In this document: one piece after another, positions 30,094 through 44,837 of the stretch | Numbering within the stretch: position 1 is the stretch's first letter | Layout of the letters: each line of letters opens with the position of its first letter | Assembly: GCA_965153355.1 (NCBI GenBank) | Contig: OZ231126.1 | Span: 26,970,001-27,034,000 of the forward strand | Length of the DNA stretch: 64,000 bases | Direction: 5' to 3' | DNA from: Flaccisagitta enflata | Taxonomy: Eukaryota | The notes under the pieces: generated by a model | What the model was told of the DNA's origin: nothing | Database searches by the model: none | Seen by the model: the letters and a program-made list of their open reading frames with translations, nothing else | Made by a program: the position numbers and the translations under genes

Positions 30094-31221
30094 AATCCTA
30101 CAGTAATAAACAACGAGGACGACGCGTGGTTGAAGTACAACAGACTCAACAGCAAAATCAATGATGACGACAAAGTCGTGAGTGCAAGGACGCGCGGAAG
30201 CATCGGTCGAGAAGCCGGCAAGCTCACCGGAAAGATGAAATTCAGCGTCAAGCGTACGCCGATTCCTACGATTCCGCTTAACTCGGAAGTGCCACTGATC
30301 TACGGTGTGCCACCCGATACTCTTCATGCTCGTATGCGCGTAGGAGACAAATTGATCAATGAACTTACCACCGCCGTCGCTGAATACACAGGCGACAAAC
30401 TTGCTAAACCATTAGAAGGACTAATTCGGGGAATAAATGTACCTTTTACGACATACACGTCATGCAAGACGGGCAAGACCGAACACAGCTCCCTAACAGG
30501 AGTGGCTTGGAAACATCTGCTTCGTGGAATTGGACCAGCTTTGAGGAGATCAGATGGCGTTCTCCAAGAGGCGAAGAAAGTCAAGTTTGCAGAACTTTTT
30601 GAAGGCTTCTCAAACCTCTTAGAATTCGTTGCGGCTTGCGCACCTTCAGACGCCGACGCGGTGGCTGAAATGGCGCGTGAATGGGCACGGCGCTACACGA
30701 AGATGAACTTCTCCGTTACACCGTATGTTCATATGGTAGCAACGCATTTCCCAATGAGCGTAAAACTTTTTGGCGGCTTAAACAAATTAAACGGCGAATG
30801 GGTAGAAGCCGCCAATGACAGCATCAAAAGGTTGCATTTACAGCGTACAGCACGTAAGTGTCCTCGGCAGACTCTTATGATGCAACGTCGCAATGAGCAT
30901 CACATCATGAACAAGAAAGAAGAGGAGCATAATGCAGAAAAATCGAGGAAGCGGAAGATACCTGCGCCAAATCCGGAATGGAGTAGTCAAAGAAAGGAGC
31001 AAGAGAAACGACGGAGACAGCAGGAGGAAGATGAAAGAGTCGCAGCAACTTCTGCTCAGGCATCTCCCTACGACCATCTCTCCAGCAAAGAATTGCGTGA
31101 TGTCATTTATGAAAAGACGGGAAAGCGCACGCGGAAACAAAATGAACCAACACTTCGGGATGTACTGGTTTCCATCGATGTTTATGAAAATCCGACCAGA
31201 GGTAAAAACATTGCCAAATGA
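25642..31221 (+). CDS. RAG1/Transib/Chapaev-related DDE transposase, intact spliced ORF (799 aa from ATG 25669)
   Basis: Exons 25642 (ATG 25669)-26490, 26803-27045, 27691-27808, 29719-29817, 30104-31221. All introns are GT-AG, phases are consistent and there are no internal stops. Motifs are collinear with the RAG1 core: KLASDG (first D, 26926), GGDLK (second D, 29721), YPCIFC (Zn CxxC), PPDTLH, VTPYVHMVATH (Zn HxxxxH), GGLNKLNGEWVEAAN (E, 30805). N-terminal coiled coil and basic C-terminal tail. Confidence 0.88.
28540..29225. repeat. 20-bp minisatellite arrays (GAGCCTCAAGGCTGGGATTT)n within dispersed-repeat copies in the long transposase intron
   Basis: Two tandem arrays, flanked by a recurring gggcagcggcccc...gatgacctatgc motif also seen near 18885. 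Confidence 0.85.
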
Positions 31222-34067
31222 ATTTCACTCAGAAGCGACGGATCGTATTGATCATTTTTTGCTGGAGTTGATTGCTGACAATTTTTTTTTCTTCAGACCT
31301 GGTTCACTCTGAAGATGGGGAGTGAAGCGCTGACGCGCTAACGTGGAAACAAGTGACAATTTTCAAACTACAAAGTAATTGAGAAGAAAAAAATACTCAG
31401 CAGCTGCATCACCAATATCGCTTTGCAACTAAAGATATGATTCTATCCGTGGTGCATTAGTATAGGCTGGTTAATGTCTAAAATTAGATCACACGAAATG
31501 CGTTCTTTGATTCAAATGATTTGTTATCAGATGCTCGTTGTCGTTCTTTCAATGAATTAAAGAGAATATCATTTGTACTGATTTTGATTAATCAAAAGAA
31601 TTTTGGAGCTGTCACATGGGGCGCTTATGTATCGTATTCGAAATTGTACATCATGAGGTTGCTAAGAAATTGTAACTTATCGCCCCATATCTGAGCTTCA
31701 AGCTTCTTTGTTTCTGAGGCTAATTTGCATAATGCGGTTCATAATTACTACATCACAAGATAGAGTATAAATAGTAAAAACATATTTTTTACAACCCTGG
31801 CATTTGATTTAAGGTCGATGTTACCTATGAATTTTGGAATTGACTGAAAACTAGAAAAAATGGAGCACTAACTGGTTGTTCAGGGGCGAGTAAGGTGTTT
31901 GGCATGAGAAAGTTTAGAAAAAAAGACTAGTTTATCACGGTATACCAACATTGAGCGAGGGCAAAACCATTAGACTTTAATCCATATGCCATACAGTTAC
32001 TGGTAACATACTTTTTTTATGGTGCAAAGACGAAATATTGTGATGAAAATCATTCAAAGGGCATTGACAAACAAAAAGCATGAAATAGATGGCGGTTAAA
32101 TGATCCGATCCCAATCAATACTTCCAACAGAGCGTCGTTAATGGTGTCGACCGTTTTGAGAGAGTGTTGTCAACTAGACGAAAGCTAATCGGGGGTGCGT
32201 AAGCGGCACATGAAAGCTGAAGTCTTGAATTTGGTTGCGCATGTCCGTTTTGACGGCGTTTTGTCGATGCAAAAGCAAATTACGAGTCGGCAGTAAACCT
32301 CTTCAAATCGCGTCAGTGAGCTTCGATGAAATTCTTCCATCGCTCCATTTCGCCTCTTCTCTTCTTTTGCTTCTGCCGGGTTTCGATAGCCTGACCGATC
32401 CAACTGTATGAACCGGGATACCCCGCGGTACGCAACACTTCCCACACGCTCCAATCCTCAGGGCCTAAAATGCGTTGGAGGGGAACGTGGGTGATTGAGC
32501 GAAAACTGATTGGAAGAGTGACAAAGTGGGGATCAGGGTCCTGATGTAATTATTACTGCCATGACACGCGAACGACGCGACGGTCTGACAGCTGTTAGAG
32601 CGATTTTACACCAGATTCGTACGATCCATGGCGATGATGTTCATCAAAGCTAGCGTCTTCACTTTTTAGTTGCGGACACGCAACTCTATAAGAGGCTTTG
32701 TCCGTCCGTCGGTCCGTTGGTCCGTCTATCATGGTGATCGAGTTAGTAATTAGAAAAACATGCAATTTCGATACATTTTGTATATGTTTGAGTGTTGGGG
32801 GTGAGTTGGCGTGTGGATAGGGGTTGGAAGCCTCTGCCCACCTGTCCGCAATGATATTGCGACCCCGCGTCACTTGTTTTTAGATGCGTCCTCGCATCTC
32901 TATAAGAGGGTCTGTCCCTTGGTCGGTCTGTCTGTCTGAATGTCTGAGTGTCACGCGAAAATTTTAAAATGCGATTTTCGAGGTTTTCTCTTCATTTCTC
33001 TTCATGTATCTTCTTGTCTCTTATAGTTCTATTGTCTCTATCATCTCTTTTGTCTCTTTTGTCTCTTGTATGTCTCTTATGTCTCCTATATGTCTCTTAT
33101 ATCTCTTATGTCTGTTATTTCTCTCATGTATCTTAGGTCTGTTATGTCTCTTATTTTTCCTATGTATCTTAGGTCTCTTAGGTCTCTTATGTCTCTTTGT
33201 CTCTTTTGTCTCCCAAACATCTCCCATATGTCTCTTATGTCTCCTATATCTCTCATATGTCTCTTATGTCTCGTATATCTCTTATGTCTCTTATATCTCT
33301 TATATCTCTTATATCTCTTATATCTCTAATATCACTTAGGTCTCTTATGTCTCTTATGTCTCTTATGTCTCTTCATGTCTCTATATGTCTCTTATGTCTC
33401 CTCATGTTTCTTCATGTCTCTCCATATCTCTCCATGTCTCTCCAAGTCCCTTCATATCTCCACGTAAGGATGCGGCGGGGGGGGTGTGGGGATGCGTGGG
33501 GATAGGGGAGGGAGGCGTGGGGAGGTGTGGGGGGAGGCGTTGGGGGGAGGGGTGGGGAGGCGTGGGGCGAGGGGTGGGGAGGCGTGGGGGGAGGGGTGGG
33601 GAGGAGTGGGGGGGAGGCGTGGGGGGAGGGGTGGAGAGGCGTGGGGGGGAAGGGGGGGAAAGGGGGGGTGGAGAGGCGTGGGGGGAGCATGAAATCAGTT
33701 TATGTTTTTCTCTTTATCTCGATATCTCTGAATCTTTATATTTTCATATTATTGTATCTTAATATCTTTATATCTTAATAATTTGTATGATAATATCTTA
33801 CTTCTAAAGAGGACGCATCTATTGGACATCTCTTGGCCTTGTTCAATTATAGCCTCACGCACTGAGGGACCGAAGTACCAACAGCACTGTGCTTTTAAAA
33901 AAATTTTCAGTGGAAGGTCTTATAACTGTGGGTTTTTCTGCATTTTTGAGCAGTGTTGGGATGTAAGAGAATGTAACTAGCAAAAAAAAAAAAAATCATT
34001 CCCCGAGCGCTTTTTGAGTAATCTTCAAAATAGAAAAAAATTGAACCTATTTGTAATGCAGATTCTA

Positions 34068-35070
34068 CAGAAGGGACCCTAATAAGAGCGGAGGAGGGAC
34101 CCAATTGTTACATGCCCCCCCTACAGCTCACATGGTTCAATCAATTTTCTCATTTGCAGTGGTAGTTGACGCCTTAGGTGGATACAATTGGCGCCACCGT
34201 GGCGATTTTTCAATTTCCACCTTTAACCCCCTCAAAGGGTCAAATTTGGCTCAAAATTTGAGAAAAAAAATTATTCAATTTTCCGAGCTTTTGGAGTGGT
34301 TTGGGGGGTTCAAGGTGGAAATTGAAAAATCGCCACGGTGGCGCCATTTGTATTCACCCAAAGTGTGAACCGCCACTGCAAGTGTGGGAATTGATTGAAC
34401 CATGTGAGCTGTAGGGGGGGCATGTAACACTTTGGGTCAGCGGCGTAGGAGAGCTGGATTTTTTGGGATTTCCACCACCTAACTAGTGTCCGACAAATTT
34501 GGTGTCCCAACAGACAATAACTTAGTGTGAAATAGTGATTACTACTATACTCTTTTTTGCTACTATACTTTTGTTTGCAACTATACTCTTGTTTGCTAAT
34601 ATACTCTTGGATAAGTGGGATGAGGCCTAATCACGCTTGATATAGGATTGACAATTTTTTTTTTCTCACAGCCATTCTCATTCTGTGTCTAGATATTCAT
34701 TTCTTCTCTTACCCACCTCCCCTTTACCCCCCTGTATTTGCCTAAAACTGACATAAGCTCTGAATTTTGATTTCGTCATGAATTGTTCATTAAATTGCTA
34801 CCATGCAAGCACATTTATTGTTCAGTGTGTGTTGGTATGTTTTCCTCTCTTTCTTCCATTTTTTTTCTGAGAGAAAATGTATTAGCCTTTGCACTTTTAA
34901 GGTGCATGGAAGGAAATGATCTGTCAATTTCAATCTTTAATTATCCAGCAATCAGTCTGTCTGTCTTTCTGTCTGTTTTACTATCTTTTTTTTCTTTCTT
35001 TTTTTTTCTTTTGTTAAATCTTTTTTTCCTGCTTTTTAACTTTTCCTGTTTGTCTGTCCCTCTGTCTGTT

Positions 35071-35155
<85 letters not shown>

Positions 35156-35332
35156 GTTTCTCTCTTCTTTTTTTTCTTCTTCCTCTCTCTTTCCTCTCTT
35201 TCTTCCTTCCTTCATTGGTGTCCCGACAACTTTGGTGTCCCGACAGCAGGGACTTCCATGGAAGTCCCGGAAGTCCCTTCTCGTACGCCGCTGCTTTGGG
35301 TCCCTCCTCCGCTCTTATTAGGGTCCCGTCTG
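34068..35332. mobile_element. TA-flanked TIR element nested in 33885-36269, itself containing a palindromic MITE (34106-34429)
   Basis: ta|cagaagggaccctaataagagcggaggagggacccaa ... ttgggtccctcctccgctcttattagggtcccgtctg|ta. Inner element tgttacatgccccccctacagctcacatggttcaatc ... gattgaaccatgtgagctgtagggggggcatgtaaca. Confidence 0.8.
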
Positions 35333-35648
35333 TAATGAGTTGTATTGGCTCATTTCTTGATTTCATATTGTAATTCTATACAAAATTTCCTTTCAATTGA
35401 TAAGTCACACTATATGGTTTTATACAAGAATTAGGTTTTCATATTTTGAGCCACGGTTACTTTTTTGTAACGGTGACTAAATAAATAAAAATTTTAATTC
35501 TTTGCAAAGAGTCTTTGCATAGAGTGCGACCTATCAAATGAAAGGGAATTTCGCATAGATTAACAATATAGAATCAGAAATTTAGTCAATACATCCCAGA
35601 AGAATCTGCATTGAAATTAGGTCTATTTTTTCCTGATTTTGAAGGTTA

Positions 35649-36137
35649 CACGCACTTGGCTGAGTAACAACGGGTTATTTTTTTCTGAGGCTCATTGTTG
35701 TTATTTGAAAGACGATATGAGGCTCAAACCATTGCTAAACTGTTGTTATTTTTTTCTCATCAATCTTCTAATATAACGATTGATTAGGATGTCTGTACCA
35801 TCATTCCTTTCGCTGCTTTCTCTGGAATGAAAGGGATCCAGGGTAGGAATGAAATAAAGGAGATCAACCATTCAAAATCAAGAACAAAATATTGTTATAA
35901 CTAAAATACAGTAGAAAAAGCCATCTCTTCTATGAAACCGCCGCATGTTACAATTGAATGCAACGGAAATTATAGCAAATCTAAGAGAAAAGTTGTTATT
36001 GGTTGGACTTGAGGCTGAAATGTTGTTATATTTTTAATTTTCTGAGGCTGACGATGTTGCTAGAAATGTTCTTATTTTTTTGACATTTTGAGCCTCAACG
36101 TTGTTATAAAGAAGGTTGTTACTCAGCCAAGTGCGTG
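35649..36137. mobile_element. TA-flanked MITE nested in 33885-36269
   Basis: ta|cacgcacttggctgagtaacaac ... gttgttactcagccaagtgcgtg|ta. Confidence 0.82.
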
Positions 36138-37528
36138 TACTCAAAAAGCGCTCAGGAAATGATTTTGTTTTCGCTAGTTACATGCTATTACACCCCAATA
36201 CTGCTCAAAAATACAGAAAAACCCACAATTATATGACTTTTCACTCAGAATTGTTTTAAAAGCACAGTGACAGACAGTCTCCTAAAGGGTTAGCAGATTA
36301 CAGATTAAACGACCGATATCTTAGAATCCTGTGCCCAATTATCTTACTGCTGTTATTGAGTCTTTCGTCGTAAGGCGCGAATTGTGACATGACGTCGGCC
36401 CGATTTTGAAAAGTCGGCACCCAGAGCGGCTCTGACGCGTGCAAACGAGGCTCCGCGATCGTCCTGAAATATCAAGGCCAAAGCGCTTAACAGAATGTAT
36501 AAAACTCGTAAGAAAAAATATGATCTTAACGTATCGATCTCGATTAATTGCGATCTCCAAGTGACTGATTGCCCCAAAGAGGAATTGAACTTCGTCAATA
36601 TTCAACTTGAGTCGAAATTGGTTTGATTTTAAATAGGGGTGTTCCAAGGGTGATTTTTACCCTTGTACAAGGCTAAGCCGAAGTATATTTACCCTTGTAC
36701 GAATGTAAGCCGAATGTGAAGAATGTTCTTCTTCTCTATATATATCTATATATCTATATAATATATCTATATAATATATCTATATATATAATATATCTAT
36801 ATAATATATCTATATATTATGTAAACGTTATGCAATTTTCAATCTTTTTGCTCAAACATGTCCTTGATGAACTACAGGGCTAATACTAATGAATCTTGGC
36901 ATGAACATTTGTTGAATGATTGCTTATAACTTTATTGATAACTTTTTGAATCTTCACCCCTTAAAATATGGACGCTGATTGCCATCGCAACAAGCGCAGT
37001 GCCCAAATAATTTCACTCAGTGCGTCAATGCGGCAATCAAAATCTATTCCTGAATAATTCAGTGCTCAAAGTACATGCCACTGCAAGGTCAAGATGACAG
37101 CAAACAAGGTCGGATACACGGCTACCCAAGTTTTCCGAATTTGGGCAGGAGCAGTGTCAAAAACTAAAAATCATAAAAATGGTAAAATGTGACCAGCTAA
37201 CCAGCCAACCGACAGATTGATGGACAAAGCGGGGTGTTGAATAGCGCACACGCAACTAAAAACCGCGACCAAAACAACCAACAGACAGACAGACAGACAG
37301 GCATACAGATAGACCAATAGAAAAGGAGACATTGACAAACAGACCAACCGACAGAGATACCCAGTTTTATAGAGTAATGGGAATGCCTAAAAAGACAAGA
37401 TGGCTGAGATATGTATGTAGGCAAAGGAATGGTAACGTATGAAAATTACAGTATCAAAAGAGCGAATGCCATGGATGGCTAAAAAAAGTCCGAGAACTTT
37501 TTTCCATTGAGGTTCAAGAAAGATTAAA

Positions 37529-38076
37529 CAGTAGATTTCATCTAGACTTGAGATAACGGGGGCAAGCATTGTGGAAAGATAAATAAAGCTAAAAGAGTTA
37601 TATTTGGAATATAGATTAATAAAAGGATGTTTTATTCCCCATGATAGCTGGTTGCCATGGAAACACATTTTCATGAATTCTTGCAAAAATATTAATATTT
37701 TGAGAGATTTTTTCTTGGAACATTGCTTAAAAACAAATTTGCAACAACTTTCCCACAGTATGTTCCGTAAGAATATTGCTCCTTTTGCCGTCACACATAG
37801 ATACGCTCTCTAGCAACGGCCAAACAAGCGATGTTCTTACAGAACATACTGTAGGAAAATTGTTGCAAATTTGATTTTGAGCAATGTTCTCTAAAAAAAT
37901 TTCCCAAAATGTTCATATTTTTTCAAGAATACATATAAATGGATTTCTATGACAAACAGCTATCACAGGGAATAAAGCATCCTTTTATGAGTCTATTTCA
38001 AATATCACTCCCCTGGCTTTATTTGCCTTTCCACAATTCTTGCCCTCATTATCTCAAGTCTAGATGGAATCTACTG
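37529..38076. mobile_element. Tc1/mariner-type palindromic MITE (partial copies at about 19673-19975 and 52040-52519)
   Basis: cagtagatttcatctagacttgagataacgggggcaag ... cttgccctcattatctcaagtctagatggaatctactg|ta. Three copies occur in the window. Confidence 0.85.
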
Positions 38077-39445
38077 TACCGTAACAGAGAAATGACAAAA
38101 ACATATAAAATATAAAAGGGGTAAACTAATGATTCGGTTTTTCCAAATAGCGATGTCTATAAAAAGACTAAAGACAAAGTTTTAGTCTGCGCTTAAAAAC
38201 TCTCGATTGATTTCAGATCAGCAGGATGAATTCATGACTTAATCTACTGTGCCTGTTTAGGAGAAGGGGCACAAATATGAAATGTGCAACAAAAAGTATC
38301 TTACAAAAAACTTTAGAAAAATGTTATTGAAAAATAGACTTAAAATATAAAAGTAAAATAAAACATTCAAAAGCTACTCATTTCTGTAAAGTATATGCTT
38401 CCACTCATATACTTACATATCCAATTTTAGGTACAACCTAAGTTTAGTGGTTACTGAAATTCAAAACCTTTGGATAAGTAATTTTTATGCAGAAAACAAG
38501 TCTTTTGTCTTATCTCTCAAACAATTATAATTTTTCATTATAGCTATTTGGTTAAGGGATAGATGTTAGTGCTGACTTCTGGCATTGACAGGGATTGTCA
38601 ATTCAGCAAAGGTTAAATCCAATTGAAAAAAAGGAACTATGGGGATCCGACTCCCTAGCTGTTACCCCTCCTCTCAATTAAACTATGGGGGTGGGAATAT
38701 GGACAATTTATACTATTTTGTGTTAAAGAGAAATCTTAATGATTGGAGGAATGGGAATTCATCTTCAAGAAGATATATCATGGGATGATAGGTCACCATG
38801 AAGGGGTATAAAGTACTTTGCCATATTTAGAAAAGAATTTAGTTCTCCTTAGAATATTTTAACATATCCAATTTCTGGGCATCAGTTGGAGACCTACACC
38901 CTAGAGTGAGTTTTGGGCCTTTAACTCCAATACTCAGGTGCAGGCTGCCCCACCAAAAGGTGCCTCCATTGGATATATGATATACTAAAATCAATATTAG
39001 TTAATGTTAAGATTAGGTTTGAAAGACTGTCACAAGTCGAAAATTATTATGTTGCACAAAAAAATTATTATGTTGCACAAATGCGCTAACGGTTTACTGA
39101 CGAACCAAGAGCCTCATTGACATGTGATGGCGCTCTCAAAAAGTTGTAGGCTTAGGCCTTAAAATTATCCAACAAATATCCGTGTCAAAATCAATTTCAT
39201 ATGTTTAGGCACTGTAGTTTCTCCAAGGGACATGTGCAGTTCAAAGCGCATGCTACGCCGTCTCTACACTAGTTCGCCTGTTCCCTTTTAGGCTCTCACT
39301 TTTTGCGCACACTAAGCCTTTGCCTGGTGTACTCAAAGGTATAGGGGGTGGTGGCACCACATAATCTGTAATAGAACTAAGCCGATTACACGGCCAATAA
39401 GTAGTTGCTGGCGGGTGGGCAGGGGCAGTGTTGTGGTTGGGCAGG

Positions 39446-39516
<71 letters not shown>

Positions 39517-39875
39517 CGATCTTGCCCAATTCGCTTCACTTTACGCCAATAAAAAAAACCACGGATGGACCGACGGGCGGACAGACGGGCGGACAGACGG
39601 ACAGGCAGACAAAGCCTCTTTGGGAGTCGCTTAGCAAGGGACTAAAAACATGAGACTAATACCAGAGCTATACCCTAGCTATACCCAAGCTATACGCGAG
39701 TTATACCCAAGCTTGGGTATGCTCGAGTAAAGCTCGGGTATAAAAAAAAAGACAAGAAAAAAGACAAAAATGAAAGAAAAAAAAAGAAAGAAATAGAGAA
39801 AGGAAGAGAGAAAGAAAGAAAATTGCCGACATTTTCCTCAGGTTCTTTGAAAAAAAGTCGGTGACCCATTTTACC

Positions 39876-39979
<104 letters not shown>

Positions 39980-40261
39980 TTCAATTTTCTCTTGAATTTT
40001 TTTTTGAAGTGATTTCAGTAAAAAAAAACTTGGGAAATATACTTCGGCATTCAGCTGAAACATCTGTACAAACCGAAACAAAGGCTGAAACAAAAACATT
40101 TGTTGTTGTTTGCCCTCCAAGCCGAACCCTTGGAACGCCCCTAATTTTAAATGTGAGGCTGGACTAAGCTCCATGCACGGAAGGATTTTTTCTTTCTTGC
40201 TTTCTTTCTGTGTTTCTTTCTAGTTTCTTTTTACTTCCTTTTTGCTTCTTTTTCACTTTCT

Positions 40262-40357
<96 letters not shown>

Positions 40358-40852
40358 TCTTTCTTGACCCTTTATATAACTTTTTAGGTGCGACAAAGCA
40401 CCTCTATAACTGGCTATGTCCGTTGGTCGGTCGGTTGGTTGGTTGGTCTGTTGGGTATCGCATCATTCGACAATCCACACGTCGCCCCTCATTGGCCTCC
40501 TTGGCCTTGTTTCTCCTTTGTTAGTTTCTTTTTTTTTGTATGTATCTCTGTCTGTCGCTGCCGGGCTGCCCCTCTCATTCTTCTTCTTCTTCTTCTTCTT
40601 CTTCTTCTTCTTCTTCTTCTTCTTCTTCTTCTTCTTCTTCTTCTTCTTCCATTTTTTTTTCTCCTTTGTATTCCTAGAGCTAGTTCATATTTTTTCTTAC
40701 TTTCAGCAAGCAAGTTCCATGGGTCTTCCCCAGTGCTTGTTTTGTATCTCGCTCTTTCATCTTCCTTTCTGTCTTTGTTTCCGTCTAAATGTCGTTTTTC
40801 TCCCTCTTCTTTCTTTCTTCCCTTCTTTCTCTTTCGCACTCACGCATCTCAC

Positions 40853-43358
<2,506 letters not shown>

Positions 43359-44837
43359 TTGCTCGTTTTTACGCTTTGAAAAATCCGGCAATTGAAATGG
43401 AAACATGTCGAAAATCAGAAAAATTGATTAGTGAAATCAAAATTGTTCTTGAATAGCGTGCAGGTCGATCGTCGAGTGAAAATGGAATTGAATAGCTGCT
43501 TCTGAGTCGTGAGTTTCCTTGCTGTGGAAAATTGTCGCAATAGTAAACGTAACTTCGTAGATCGAATTCGATATCAAACTGAGCCAACTGGAACTTTGAG
43601 AGGTATCGAAGCGCGGAGGAAGTTGATAAAGCGAAAAGGTGTCAAACTCGTGTCTGTGAGGTTGGAAGTTTCAAGGTCGCAGGTGAAAAATTGTGTCAGA
43701 AACGTGAGCAGATTATCACAGATTATGTTGTCATGAAATGAAACCCGTTGATTTGTTGTTACAAACTTACTCGATTCTCACTAAGTTGAGATCACCAAAA
43801 TCATCATAAGCAAACAACTTAAACAACGATTATTTATTTGATGTTGCTGCTGATTATTGGATTAAGTGAATGGTTAATTTATTCGCTATCTATGAATTTA
43901 CTCTTTTTTAGCTTCAAATTTTGATCGATACATTTGCGTCTGATTTAGATGAATGCCAAACTTTGGACCTTACAACCAAACTACCTCAGTTGTTACTTTT
44001 CGTAGTTCGATCTTCTTACAATTCCTTTGAGCCAAAGGGGTGTGAGCACTTGAAAGTTTGAGTCAGAATGACAAAGGAATACCAAGTGTCGGTGCAGTGT
44101 GAGGAAAATAAAATTTGTACAGTGGACAGCAAATCTGTCCAAGGAACAATAACTGATAGTTACTATTACTTCACTGTTCTTTTGCCTGCTTTGTTTAACA
44201 AAAAAAAAACATAACGTTATTTAACGTCTCTTTATTAAAATACTGTAACAAAAGGGTTACTTAAGGGTAACAAACGTTTACGAATGATGGCAGCGATGGT
44301 TACTATGGTTAGCCAAATGGTTAAGACAGAACCTACCAGTCCCTAGCAAATTCAGATTTCTAACCATTGCAATCCCTACATGCCGAATCCAATAACTACA
44401 ATCAACGTGACTGAACATAGGAGAAATTTTCTTGAAAAGGCGCCATTGTAGTAATCTTTGTCTTTACATCAGCAGATGGTTCCAGATGCATTGACTGAAA
44501 TTGACGAATGACATGACAAATCAAAAAAACAAAAAAACAAGGCCAACACCTATAGGTTGCGTGCGAGACTCACAGAATGACTTAATATACTCTCATATGA
44601 CTTAAAATGACTAAAGGGAATAAAATTGATAAAAGAAAGTTTAAGTGTGATGGACCGACAGACAGACAGACCGACCAACGGACCGACAAAGCGGGGTGTA
44701 GTCGCATGCACACGACTAAAAAGATACAACTTCAGAAATTCCGAATGCATACGACAAGCTGCATTGCATAATCATTGTGATATACCATGCTTGTTCCAGC
44801 ACCTTCCCCGCCCCCATCACCTCTCGGTCTCACCGTC

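Larger units (their letters stand above)
33885..36269. mobile_element. Non-autonomous DNA transposon with CACTGTG...CACAGTG termini, ~135-bp imperfect TIRs and perfect 4-bp TSD (ACAG)
   Basis: acag|CACTGTGCTTTTAAAA...gagcgctttttgagta on the left and tactcaaaaagcgctc...TTTTAAAAGCACAGTG|acag on the right. Contains nested insertions. Confidence 0.88.
32313..36390 (-). pseudogene. Putative small 4-exon gene (87 aa) convergent with the transposase, exon 2 interrupted by a transposon insertion
   Basis: Exons 36390-36348, 36281-36270 + 33880-33859 (joined after removing the insertion and one TSD copy), 32591-32557, 32464-32313. Donors GTAAGA/GTGAGG/GTAATA; two acceptors have a CTAAC motif just upstream. 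Phases join to give MSQFAPYDERLNNSRDCLLVLRSLSACQTVASFACHGSPEDWSVWEVLRTAGYPGSYSWIGQAIETRQKQKKRRGEMERWKNFIEAH*. No homology recognised. Confidence 0.35.

Noticed and set aside
33885-33940. Full 12/23 RSS in the CACTGTG element
   Set aside because: The nonamer-like GGTTTTTCTG is in the wrong orientation and spacing relative to the terminal heptamer.
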